Counted from the stretch's first letter, positions 21,887-33,765 are shown. The stretch: 41,030 nucleotides of DNA from Hyphochytrium catenoides (GCA_900088475.1 FLMG01001402.1:1-41030); one strand, 5' to 3'. Translations and numbers: made by a program. The notes: generated from the letters alone by a model not told the origin.

Positions 21887-24800
21887 GTTCAGATGTAAGC
21901 CCGTAGTCCCAATCACACTTGCCTAAGGGTAAAAAAGAGCTATGGCAAGGGCAAGTGAAGAGGCTTCTATTGCTTTGTCCCTGCTTTTGCAGGACGCTAA
22001 AAGTGCTGGGTAACAGACTTGAACTTGAAGGACTGGTGGCATAGAAGGTTCGCTCAAGTCAGGAAGTAACGACTGTAACTCTCCTTGTTAGCTGCTGGGG
22101 AGGGAAGGTAAGAGTTGAGATGATGGCTTGAGGGAGGACGAGGCTACACTACTACTGCTGCTGCTTCCCTTCTGCAATGGCCTCAAAGAAAGTGGGATCA
22201 TGTGTCCTCCAAGTAAGGAAAAAGAGGCACAGCAGTGATCAGCTATAGAAGAGTACCAGCAGAAAGAACAAGTGGTGGATCTTGAGATGTTCTCTCTTAA
22301 CCTCACTGGGAAGCAGACACAAGCCTCCTGCCTCTCTTTCTGGAGTCTTCTTTTGGTCTCTCTCCCTTCCTCCTCTTTCCCCAGGCCGATCACCTCTTCT
22401 TCTTCTCTCTCTGTGTGTCTGTCTCTTCACTCTCTTTGGCCCCCTGTCTGCCCCTCTTCTCCCTTCACAACTCTTCCTCCGTTGTCTGCCGCTTAGTTAT
22501 ATTCGGCTGTTTCCGAGAATACGGTCCGTTACATTACATCAACAAGAGAGTAAGCGGCGGCGCTTCTTCGCTGTCGGAGAACTAGATCTCCTCTTCCCGT
22601 CACTGAGACGCAGCACCACACCATCATCATTGGCCTCCTCCGTCTCACTTCTTTGTGGTGCAGGAGAACAGGTGATGATGGTGTTCTTACTTGGTGATTC
22701 TCGATATAAATGGGTAAGCCCTCGTTCAACATTCACCAGACCACCTCGCTCGCGCGCCTCCCACCACCATATCATACCTTATCCAGGTCTTTTTGGGATA
22801 GAAGAGGCAGGAGGACTTTGTGGTGGAGATACGCAGGGGTGCAATAGCTTCTCTTCTTTTCTTTTGTGCCGGCATTATTAGTACGGAGCGACATACTAAG
22901 CAATCTAGTCTGGTAGAAAGAGAAGATGATGAGTGAAGTACGATGATATAATAAACGACTCATTGATAAGTGCTTGCCGTCATCGCGATTGGTGACCAGA
23001 TTCTTCTTTGATCGTCCTCCAACAAACATCCAGTTGACTCAGCATACAAAGTGAAAATCATTGCTCAATAGCAGGAGGAGGAGAGGAACGGAACTGATGG
23101 CCCAAGCAATGCATGTGATATCAGTTCCTAGTCGGAAGTCCCTTTGTATCAATAAGGAGGACTGCTCTTGTTGTAGCAATTGGCCCCCATCATTGAAACT
23201 CAACATTCAACTGCGAAGAGGAAGCCTCAGGTGCCAAAACGTCGACACGTGCTAAAGTTGCCGGCGCGCAAACCTACTACCTTGATAATCTCTATGGCCT
23301 TTCACAGGGCCTCGCATCAGTGCTGCTCGTTGTGCTTCCAATGGCAATAATATCTCTATCACTACCCAGCATCAATCCGCACTTCTCCCTGCCTGCCTGG
23401 ACTATCCTGGATTAACCCGCTTCTCTTAGAAGGGTTTTGAAAATGCTGCCTGTCATCACTAAGACAGAAGACATCATTCTACATAATTACGAGTCTATCT
23501 CGGTTCTCTTTCGCGCTACGTCCGTTGACAGATGGGTGGGATACGCAAGTCTCGCTCTTGCCTCTCCAATGTCCGAAAGAAATATGTCTGGGTAACGGAC
23601 TCAGCCGTTCGAGACCAGATGAGAGCTTAATATTACTATGGACTTCGAAGGGACCCAGGTCTTCTTCCCATAGAACCGCAAAACCGCACATTTTTTGCCA
23701 GCATGCTTGGAGCTCCATAAACAATGACCGCTCTCCTTCCCAGAGTGTAACCACCCATTCCCAAGAAAGCTGTCTTAGTACAAAGAAGGAGAGGGGACAA
23801 GAAGGGAGTGCTGAAGAGACCAGAATAATATGGTGCAAATCTGAAACAACAGCATTGGCTGTGTCAAGGTGCGAGGTTTGGATAGGTCGTCTCTTCTTCT
23901 GGAAGAGGGCTGAGCTACTATGAAGACTATATACTTGAAGGGCAGCCCTCCTTTCACTTCTTCCACGTCATCACTCCTAGGCATATTATGACTGGAAGGC
24001 ACGGAAGTCACACTCTCATCAGTGTAGCCCTTCAAGAGACTGGAGAACATTGAGTTGACCGAGACAAGTTTAGAACTAAAAGGCGGCACGCTGAAAGGAT
24101 AAGGAAACGGCAATCCAATGTGCAATGTGGTGTCTTCTGCGGCTTGTATAGAGGTAGAGACGAGAGGAGAGAGTGAGAAGACAGGGAAGAAGGGGTGAGG
24201 AACAATTATGAATTATGAGGAGTGGCAGAGAGGAGTAAGCAAAGGGTAGGAACTAGAGAGAATAGAGACGGAGAGAGAGAGACAAAGAGAAGGACAGCCA
24301 GAAAGAGAGCGCGCTGGAGAACAAGGGGATGAGGAAAAAAGGAAGTGCAAAATCTGAAACCCCCACTCCACATCACTTTGGGCGTTACAAAACATATATT
24401 CGGAATGATATAATAGTTTATGCAGCATGTCAAATATATCCCAAGTCTTAATTAAGGATCAGTACGTCTCGTTGGGCATGATGGTGGCCCCAGAGTCAGG
24501 AAGATGATGAACGGAGTCAGCCCGACGTCGATGCTTCTGCTGCTCGCCGCCTGGGCTGGGCTCTACCATACAACTCTCTTCCTCCACTCCGTCATCTCCT
24601 CCTCCTGCCCCTCCTCCTATTATGATGCCGTCTGTTTCTTCCTCGTCTTCTTGCCTTTTATTACCTTCTTGGGCATAATAATGATGATGTCCCGTGAGCT
24701 GCACAGCTAGCACCAAGTTTCATCAGCTTTGTTGCTGGTACCCTTGTTACACTTGCTTGAACGGCGCGTATCGCAATGTAATAATATGCTGATAGTCCAG

Positions 24801-25357
24801 TGATGGAGGTATTGGAGGAGGAGAAGTCCACTTGCCTGTTCTCTTCTCCCGCATCATAGACTTTCCCCTGACCCATCTCGGCCTCCTAGGTCACTCCCAA
24901 ATGTTAAAGAGGAGGTCTCGTCTTCGTCTTCTGTCACCGGTACTACTTGGCCCTCTATCCCTTACTACACCGACCCTCCTCGGCCCATGTCTTGGAGCAA
25001 GGTAAGGCCCTTATAGCTGCACTGCTGGGTCGAAGATTCACACCTCCTGCTAATATTTAGCTGGGAATAGCGGGGCATGGCTCAAACTTCTTGAAGACCA
25101 TTTGGGAGTAACCTTGTGGAGAAGTATCAATCAATGGGGTCTAGATAATTTCCGCAACTACAAAGTCTTATTCCTTCAACGACGTACTCGGTACTAGAGA
25201 CTGTTAGTCCCCTTAGACAGTCTGCATCTGTCAGCTCCATCAGGTCAATCCTTTAGCTCAGCCAGCTGCCCACGGTACGGCGGCGTAGGGTCTGACGTTC
25301 TTTCACCTATTAAAAGTTGAAGAGCATTAACAGGTGTTGCTGGAGAAGTCATCGACG

Positions 25358-28300
25358 ATGGCGGGGCTAACATCGCGCCCTCTTGGCCGGTTTGCCTACG
25401 GTCTCTTGTTCGCAATAACTCTGATTATTGTCCCTTGTGTCTTCAAGGCAGCCCTGGCAGCCGACACAGCTGCTGTGCCCCCGTTGATCGATCCTGACCT
25501 CTTAAAAGTCCAGTATCCAGATCTTACGGTTGCATCAGGCGTCGGGAGCTCCAGTTCCATGGCCATGATGAGGGATCTGACCTTTATCTACAGAACAGCT
25601 AAGCCTGGAGTCTTCATCAACCATGTGACTGACAGGCAGCTTCGAAGCCCCAGCACGAGAAGTGAATACCTTAACGGAAATGTGGACTATCTGCTCTCCA
25701 TCACGCTGCTCTCCTCTTCAGATATGGCCAAGGTTAGTGACACGCAGAACTATCCTCTAGTCGTGTCCGGCCTGGTGCCGATGGTCAACCTTCCTGAGCT
25801 CGATGATAACGAGGACATCTGGCTGGACAGGAAAAATATGCTAGAAATCTTTAACGGCACCCTGTCAAAGTGGAACGACCCTTCTATCCTCCAAACCAAC
25901 TTGAAAAACCCCGCATACGCCAAAATCGCAGCGTTGAACAAGAAGATAGAGGTCATTGTACGAGCGGACTCCTCCTCGACCACCAATGTCTTTATCAGGA
26001 CACTAATCTCTTTTTCCAACAACACCTTGTCATTTGCGGACAGTGTCTCTCTGTCCAAGTTTCCAATGCCTGACTCCAACTACATCGATCCAGACACAGG
26101 CAAGACCCGTATCCGCCGGTATATCGAGACAGAAGCTTGTCTAGCAGCCCTTCAGACCACTCCTTATGGCATCTCGTACATGCTTTGGACTACCGCCACC
26201 GCCAGCACCTCTAAGGACACCTCAAGGCGTTACAGAGTGAAAGTGGTGCCTTTAATCAATAAGTTCGGTAACCTGGTCCGCCCCACGGTGGAGACCATAC
26301 AGTCAGCGATGGTGGAGAAGTCACAGGCTCTTCTCTCCCCAATCACGAAAGACGTGACTCTCTTCGATGGTGCCAGCCCTGAGTCTTGGCCCATTGCCTA
26401 TATCAACTACTTACTCATCAGGAAAGACTTCGTGCGACCAAAGACAAACTGCGATACCCGTGCCGCCACAGCTGAATTCTTCCATTGGTTCTACACCTCC
26501 TCCTCGGGCACACCAATCGCTGAAAGGTATAACTATCTGATGCTGCCAGAATCTGTGCGACTGAAGCTCGGAGGGTACGTGCAGCAGAATACACTGTGCT
26601 CTGGTGGGAAACCTGCATTTTTCTTTGGGATCAATGGTAAGGGCCCAGAAGAAGTTAACGCTGTACTGCCAGTCTACACAGCCATGTACTCTATCAAGGA
26701 TCCAGCTGCCGCGATTGGCCTTGTCGCTGGTTGGGATGGGGAGAGTGTGGATGCGCTCAGTCAAGTTGCCAATGGCCTAATTCCCTTTGCCGTGCTGCCC
26801 TCAAGCGAAGTCACCAGGGCTTCTGAATCACTGCCCGAAAATGAGAGGGAGCTACTAACTTCAGGACCCATCTTCCTTGCTTCACTGGGGGTTTTCTATA
26901 ACCATCCGGACTTTGATGGGACTAACGAGACGTCTCTTCTTACACTTTCCATGGACACCTTGGCTGGCATACTCTCGGGGTCGATCACGAAGTGGAATGA
27001 TATATCGCTGAGGCGTCTAAACTCTAATGAAGCGGGAGACAAGTTGTCCAAAGCGGAAACGATCAAGATTATTCTCTACGACTCACCCGTGAGATGGGAA
27101 TACACCGCACTCTATCATGCCCTTGCCCGATTCCCAAGCGTCCAAGCTAAGATTTTCCAGCAGTCAACCCTACCCGGAGGGGCACCAAGTCTTCATCTTC
27201 CATCCGAGGTGGAGGCTTACACAGCCGCGTCAGATTCGAACACCCTAGAGTCGCTAATTCTTCAGAACCCTTACTCCATTGGTCTCAAGTTCAGAGTCGC
27301 CAAGCGGGATCCTTTCGTCCCTATAGCCCGGATGATCAGCTCTTCTAGCTCTGTTATCTCGTCCGCGTCCAGCTTGAAGGCTCTCGTGGGAAGCCCATCG
27401 CAGTTAATGGCCTGTGGCCACGACATTCGCATGCCTGTTGAGAAGCCAGCTTCTTTGCTCCACGATGTTAATCTTTCCAGGATTGTGTCCCCCTTCTCCG
27501 CCAGCAATGAGACAGACTGTTGGCCCTTAACTGACAGCTTGTCAGTGGTTCTCAGACGCCAATACGCCGCCGCAACTTGTAGGTCTGTCGCCCATCCGCT
27601 CTTAGGCTTCTGGGGCTGGTATACTGATCCTTCTACTTCGGGAGAAGTGTTTGAGCGCTACGGTCTGTCCTCTCTTTCTGAGGATGTGAAAGCGTACACG
27701 AGGGAGATAATCCTCAGGTCCATCACCTGCGCTAACTCTCCAAACGTCATCTTGAACACGGGTACCTGCATCCCAGCCCATATCAAGGCAAGCGTGGCGC
27801 CGCAGTGTGTACAAGACGGCCCGGTGACCGTCCCTGTACACTTTGAATGGATTGAACCTAAGACTTGTGATGGCGGGCAAACCCTACTCCCGGACCACTC
27901 CATTTGGTGCGACTATTTACCAGGGGGATCAGATTGGGGCCTGGCAATGAAAGCCCACCTCGGTATCTCCCTGAGCTTTGGCGTTGCGCTCGCCACGAGT
28001 GTTATCTTCCTCCGCCATCATCCAGCCATCTTGCTCGCCAACTATACCCTTATGCTTACAATCCTTACCTTCGGCACCCTAAGAATGCTTGCGAGTATCG
28101 GCGTCCTCCTTCGTCCAACGAACCTTAGCTGCGGCTTCTCTTCTTGGCTGGATGACCTGTTTCTCAATGGACTCCTAGACCTTCTCATCGTGCCGACAAT
28201 GTTACAGTGGATTGGTTTCCGAAGCGGAAGATCTGTTCCTCGGGGCCAAGCGATTGTACTTGCTGCTCTGATACCTCTTGGTCTGTTTCTGATAATAACC

Positions 28301-29365
28301 ACCGCCCTAGTAGCGACGAGATCTCCCAGGATAAGGTCTGATCGCGCAGTGACGGTGATGCGTGACTGGACTGCCATGGTGCCGTACTGCGAGCCTACAA
28401 CCGGCTACGGGCTCTACGTGAGCACCTGGACCATCCTAACAGCCACCGTTGGAATTGTAGGCAGTTTCTACTCCTGGAGAGACCAAAAGCACATTCCAAA
28501 TGGGCGCATATCCATTGTCGCACTTTTGATCCTCTTCTCCTTTGAGATAGCGAAGAGAGCGGTGCAAAATAGTGTTGGGAAGCTTGGCGACGCCGCTGTG
28601 GTTCCGGAAGCTGTGGGAGCTCATCTTTTGCTTCTCGGTACCTCCCTCTGTCTATTTACGTTAGTCGCTCCAAAGCTCTACACAGCGCTCACGGTATCCA
28701 AGAGTGAGCGACGGTTCCAAGCGCTGTAAGTCTCCGAAAGCTTTTGCTGCATCTTCTCTTCCATTATCATCTATTATCATTTCTTTATTACAGAGGCTAG
28801 CCTTCGTCGCTCTCCCTACTTATTTATCGCTCTCTCCTCTATGCCCCATCGACTAACCAGACACTCTCTCTTCTTATACGTCTGTTTATGCAGAGACACC
28901 TCATCTTTGACGAAGATAAACTCCACGGAAGCTCTCCTCAACGCACTTCACGGAAATAGCATGGTTCGGTCCAAGTTCCGTGACTACCTCCAGGCCGAGC
29001 ACGCTGAGGAGAATCTGATGTTCTTGGAGATGGCAGATCGTCTAGAAGAAACGTCTGATCCTAGGAGGCGACTCACTTTATTCCAAGATATCCTCGATGA
29101 GTATATCCGACTGGGATCTCCATACGAAGTAAATGTCTCGGATGCTCTGCGAAAGGAACTTATGATGTTCGAAGAAGCAACCTCTGTGGATTCGAAGGTG
29201 CTTAGTGCCACGAAGCAGCAAGTTCTCAGACTTCTGCTAGATTCGTTCATGAGATTCAGCAGAGCTGAGGCACTAGCTTCAATGTCAGCAAGAAGGAAGA
29301 CCCTCTCGAGCTCCCAGGTGGCAGCATTGATGCAGGAGATTGGAGGGGACAAGAAGAAGCCTTAA
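25358..29365 (+). CDS. Receptor: signal peptide, two PstS-like phosphate-binding-protein domains, Cys-rich stalk, class-C-like 7TM and RGS domain (two exons, about 1279 aa)
   Basis: Exon 1 is 25358-28725 and exon 2 is 28894-29365. The intron runs 28726 GTAAGT...GACTAAC...TGCAG 28893 and is phase 2 at both ends; the total of 3840 nt is 1280 codons. PstS motifs are IFNGTLSKWNDPSI, VIVRADSSSTT and WPIAYINY, repeated as ILSGSITKWND and WPLT. Seven hydrophobic helices end in APKLY. RGS motifs are FRDYLQAEHAEENLMF, YIRLGSPYEVNVS and LDSFMRF. Confidence 0.9.
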
Positions 29366-29569
29366 GAAGGAGCTGTTGCATAAGAGTAGCTGTTGCATGT
29401 TAACACTAATCGATATACTACTATACATATTTCCTAGACGCGGTGTGCCCATACACTTAGCATTGACGGTCGCGGCTTATAGATGGTACAATGATATGGT
29501 TCAGACCACGTCCACACTCGCGATCAAGTTGGCCTGATCGACTCTAGAAGAGCTGTTCCTGACTCAGTG

Positions 29570-30140
29570 ATGACGACAGCTGATGTAGAGCCGCTGCGCA
29601 GCGACGCATCGATGCAGAGTGCTTTCCAGTGCGGTTGACTGTTTACTTTCAGTTCGTTGAGATAGCTCTGCGATGACGCCGGAGACTCAAGTGTTTATGG
29701 ATTAGTGCTGAAGAAGAATTTGTACATCATGTGGCACACTTGCGCTATGTGAGATAAAGTTGTTATATCTCGAGTTTGGAACATGATGACCGGACTTGTT
29801 TCTGATGTCAGGGCGCAGGAGTTACATTCTGACTGTCGTCAGGCGACGGAAGTCAAGGCGCTGCGGACGCATATCGACAAGGAAGTGCAAAGATTCAAGG
29901 GGAAAAGCAGCGGGAGCGGAGAAGAGGGAGGCAAGGCTGAGGTACCACGGATCTCTCCCTTGATCTCTTTTCTAATACTCCGGAGTAATAGTTCTAATGT
30001 GTGTGATTGTAAGGATGGCCGGCGGCCAAGAGATGATGCCGCTTGAGGAAGAGGAGGAAGGGGAATGCTTTCCCGTCCCTGATCCTGTCGATCCTGCTAT
30101 CATCACCTCGAAAGGCCCCACTTCAACATCCACCAACTGA
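29570..30140 (+). CDS. Possible small multi-exon hypothetical protein
   Basis: Codon-like segments (LCDDAGDSSVYGLVLKKNLYIM; AQELHSDCRQATEVKALRTHIDKEVQRFKGK) are flanked by splice-like sites. No single unambiguous exon chain or recognisable domain was found. Confidence 0.3.
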
Positions 30141-31520
30141 CCTACACTTTTCCATCACCAGCCATACCTACCCTAGTCGGTCGCACTGACCGCCCGTGCT
30201 ACGGGCTCCTAATAAGAGAAACATGATCATAGATCCTGACACCGGCTATTCTCCGTCTTTCTTACCATTGAAGATGGATCTTTGGGCTATTCCCTCTGTA
30301 GACCTGAGGAGGAGGAAACATCGTGCCTGACCAGCAGAGGTGGCTGCTTCTCCTTTTCCCTTCCTTCGGTTGCTGACGTGCTGGGGCCGCAGCGCTGGCG
30401 TGCCAGGGCCTCGATCTGGCGTCAGTGACCCCTCGGCCATCTGAGAAATAGGCAGAAAATAAGGACCAGCGAAACCTTTGTGGGGAATCCTTCATAGAAT
30501 ACTTTCAAGATAGGCAGCAGTTAACATTTGCCATTAATTTCGCTTGCAATAATCTCATTCTTTCACAGGAAAAATGCACGGTACAATCAGCTCATCTCGC
30601 TCACCTATGCGAATAGAATAGGTAGGCGTTTGCCTTATAACTGCTAGAGGAGGTTCCCAGCCTTCCAGTGATAGACATAAATCAATAGTCAGGACTATGG
30701 GGTAGTTCTTAAACGAATAAATACAGACGACGCGAAAGATCGTCTTTATGTTGGGGCTGTTTCCTTGTTGAAAGGATTTGGTCGGTCTATTCTTGGGGTC
30801 TTGGTTCTATTTTTAGAGGTTCGTGTTAGCTGACAAGTAAGAGCTACGGTGAGATAGAACTAATTGGTATCCAAAGCATGGGATCCCTACGAGACAGAGT
30901 AGGTTAAGAGGCACGTTATCGAGTCTAAAGATTTAGGAAAAGACAGAGGTGGTTGTCCCTGTCGTCTAAAGTCCTTTTGCTGAAGGATAGGCTAGGCATA
31001 AGAAAGGAAGTAGAAGCAGTAGCCAAAAGGTGGCTGAGGAGTCAAGGAGCAGCAGTAGCCTGGATCAGAGAGGAGATGACCAGCCATCAGCCATCATCTA
31101 AGGGAGGTCTAATAATGTATATACACTTTTGACGGGCAGGACCTAAGAGAAAGGTAACAAGTGGACAGGTAGCTCTAGAGAGAGAGAGAGAGACAAGTGC
31201 TGCAAGCAGGAGAAGGGGATGAGTGATGTTTCGTAAGAGAATAGATCGACAGAGATGATTAGCTGTGAGAAGAGAGAGGTGTGGCAGAGAGAGGAACATT
31301 AATTAGCTACCAATGGATTAAAGGTGAGATGACGAGATGCGAGGCTCTCAAGATACCGCAAGCTGTTCTCCCCATCGCCATACGCTTCCACTAGCCCGAG
31401 ATATCTCGATAGGCAGCATTCTCCGTTTTCCTCGACCATCCACACCACGAGGATCACGCGGCAAAGATATACTCCATAGCGATAGAAGGCGATCTCAAAC
31501 ACTGTCGCCGAGAATCGAAC

Positions 31521-33098
31521 ATGAAGATGAGCAAAGCAATGTTGAGAGCACTGCAAGTGTTAGCGATATTCGCGGCCCTCACTAAAGATGGCGTCAGTGC
31601 AGATTGTCGGCTTACAGCTCCAAGCACAGCTAAGGCGACATATCATTCATACAGCAAGACTGATCCCGACACTACGACTGCTTGTCAACTTCAGTTCCCG
31701 CAAGGTCCAGGACCGCTGATGGTTACGGCAGTCGATGCCACTCTTTTCAAAAGAGGCTTGTCTTGCGGTGATTGCTTGAAAGTGACCAACACACTGCCCG
31801 GAGGCTCCTCAGCCATCGTACAAGTAGTTGATCTTAAGGGAGCAGCAGGACTAGATATGTCGCCGGACTCTTTCAGGGCCATCGCGGGCGCCTCCAACCT
31901 CATTGACTTGGGCTCTGCTGATGTTACATTCTACAAAGTCCCTTGCACTTCCCTGCTGAGCTCACCCAACATCAAGTACAGGTTCAAGGCAGGAAGTGAT
32001 GGAAATCCTTACCTTGGATTCATGGTAGTTGACCATTTAGTACCCATGAAGAGCGTAGCGATCGCACCTAGCAAAGATGGACCCTTCACTTCTTGTTCTA
32101 TGGATGCCAACAATTGGTGGATTTGCTCCAACCATGCAAAACTCAACATTGGAGGTTACGGACCTATCTTTCACGTCAAAATGGAGTCAACCGAGAACAC
32201 TGTTATCTACGATGCCATTCATGAGCTGGACGGGTCCAATGAGGCTCGTGTTTTCTCTTCTAGCGTCCAATTTCCTTCACCATCCAACTGTGGGGGTACC
32301 AAAGCTGAATACTCTCCTAGGGCAGTTCCTACACCGTCGCCGTCAAGCAAGCCAATACCTACCCAAGCAGCTCCAACAACTAATTCTACTTCGCGTTCGC
32401 ATAGAGACACTGACCACGACCTGGACAAACACGGGTCTGACGGTATGAAGAATGACAAATCTAGCTTGGAAATCAAAGAGAGAAACTCAACAGAAAGCTC
32501 TACCGCTGTTACTTCTACCGGAGAAAATAAGCCTTGTCTGGCCACTGGAGCCCTTGCTGGCAATAAAGACGCCGATGCATGGTGTGCCACAGTGGCTGGT
32601 GATGCTAGCGCCACAGCTTGCACCTGTGGTTCGGTACAAACAACGGAGAGTGCCGCCTCAGAGGTGACATGTACTGCCCTAAATGAATATTCCGACCAGG
32701 CCAGTGGATGGTGTAAACTGCAGTGCAGCACTGGTCTCTGTCCCCAGGATCTTTGCCGTTGCGAGACAGAACAGTCGTCACTGACGTCAGATGTCATGGG
32801 ATCAGAGGACGACGGGAGGAACAGTGATAAGCTAGAAAACTCGAACTCAAACGCAGCGACAAAGGCAGCTGATGGATCCTCTTCCGGTATTCCCACAGGA
32901 GGCATAGTAGTCATTGTCGTTGTTGCTGTGGGCATGGTTGTCGTTGCTGGGGCGCTGGCGGTCAGCCGCTTCCGAAAGCGCAACGAAGAGAGTGACGACG
33001 ACGCCCCAGATGTTTGTCAAGTGACCCCAACGGCTGGTGAGTTTCAAGGCCAATACGCCCGCTACCCTTCCCTAGACCACGCTTCTTATAGTATCTAG
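31521..33098 (+). CDS. Expansin-like protein (DPBB + CBM63) with Ser/Thr linker, two small Cys-rich modules and a C-terminal transmembrane anchor
   Basis: Signal peptide, then KATYHS, GLSCGDCLKV, VQVVDL...GLDMSPDSF (compare B. subtilis EXLX1 VTDL...ALDLSPNAF) and IKYRFKAGS...VVDHLVPMKSV. The TM helix GIVVIVVVAVGMVVVAGALAV is followed by RFRKR. Confidence 0.9.
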   Translation: MKMSKAMLRALQVLAIFAALTKDGVSADCRLTAPSTAKATYHSYSKTDPDTTTACQLQFPQGPGPLMVTAVDATLFKRGLSCGDCLKVTNTLPGGSSAIVQVVDLKGAAGLDMSPDSFRAIAGASNLIDLGSADVTFYKVPCTSLLSSPNIKYRFKAGSDGNPYLGFMVVDHLVPMKSVAIAPSKDGPFTSCSMDANNWWICSNHAKLNIGGYGPIFHVKMESTENTVIYDAIHELDGSNEARVFSSSVQFPSPSNCGGTKAEYSPRAVPTPSPSSKPIPTQAAPTTNSTSRSHRDTDHDLDKHGSDGMKNDKSSLEIKERNSTESSTAVTSTGENKPCLATGALAGNKDADAWCATVAGDASATACTCGSVQTTESAASEVTCTALNEYSDQASGWCKLQCSTGLCPQDLCRCETEQSSLTSDVMGSEDDGRNSDKLENSNSNAATKAADGSSSGIPTGGIVVIVVVAVGMVVVAGALAVSRFRKRNEESDDDAPDVCQVTPTAGEFQGQYARYPSLDHASYSI

Positions 33099-33731
33099 AG
33101 TCGCCAATGTAGCACCCAATCGCCACCCCTACGCCGGAGGCGCTTCTTCTATTTATTGCTTTATGCTAAGGCACACAGCACAGGTTAATAATAATAGATC
33201 GGGTCTACAGTCCCACACACATAATGACTCAATCTTAGATAGCAGCATACGCAATAAATAAGAACTTTGCCTGCACTCTATTGCTAGTCTTCTTGAGGCT
33301 GTCCGCTTCTCATTGTGCCACTGGCAAAGTTGTTCACTGCCGGAGCGGCGGCGCTTATCCGTTTCTGATCTTTCTTGGCGTTAGCGGTCATTTGCGGGAG
33401 GAAGGGCTTTGTGTTTGTATCCGAGGAGGTCCAGAGTTTGCCGTTGCTGTTGTTGTTACGGTTACAGAGACACCTCAGATCGCTAGACAGAGTCAGCAAT
33501 CTTTATAGTTATAATAGCAAAGGGCGGTCACAATAGAGGAATCAGAGACCAGGATACGACGCTGAACACCACAGAGAAAAATCCACTTCGTCTAGCCAAT
33601 TCTTTGCCTTCGTACTGTACAAGTACCTGCGAAGGAACCAGAAGGCCGTCACGTCGTCACGACCTGTTTGTGCTGACAGAGAACAGAGAACTGATAGGAA
33701 CATTTTTAAGAGAGATTCGCCGGCAGAGTAG

Positions 33732-33765
33732 TGCTGAGAGATCTGCTGCTGAGAGATCTGCTGCT
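33732..33765. repeat. 15-bp tandem duplication
   Basis: tgctgagagatctgc occurs twice in tandem. Confidence 0.8.

Noticed and set aside
28841-29365. Stand-alone 174-aa RGS gene
   Set aside because: Its first 17 codons lie in a pyrimidine-rich tract with a branch point and acceptor. It splices in frame to the upstream receptor exon.
32219-32983. 254-aa minus-strand ORF
   Set aside because: It is antisense to the expansin linker region and has no independent motif.
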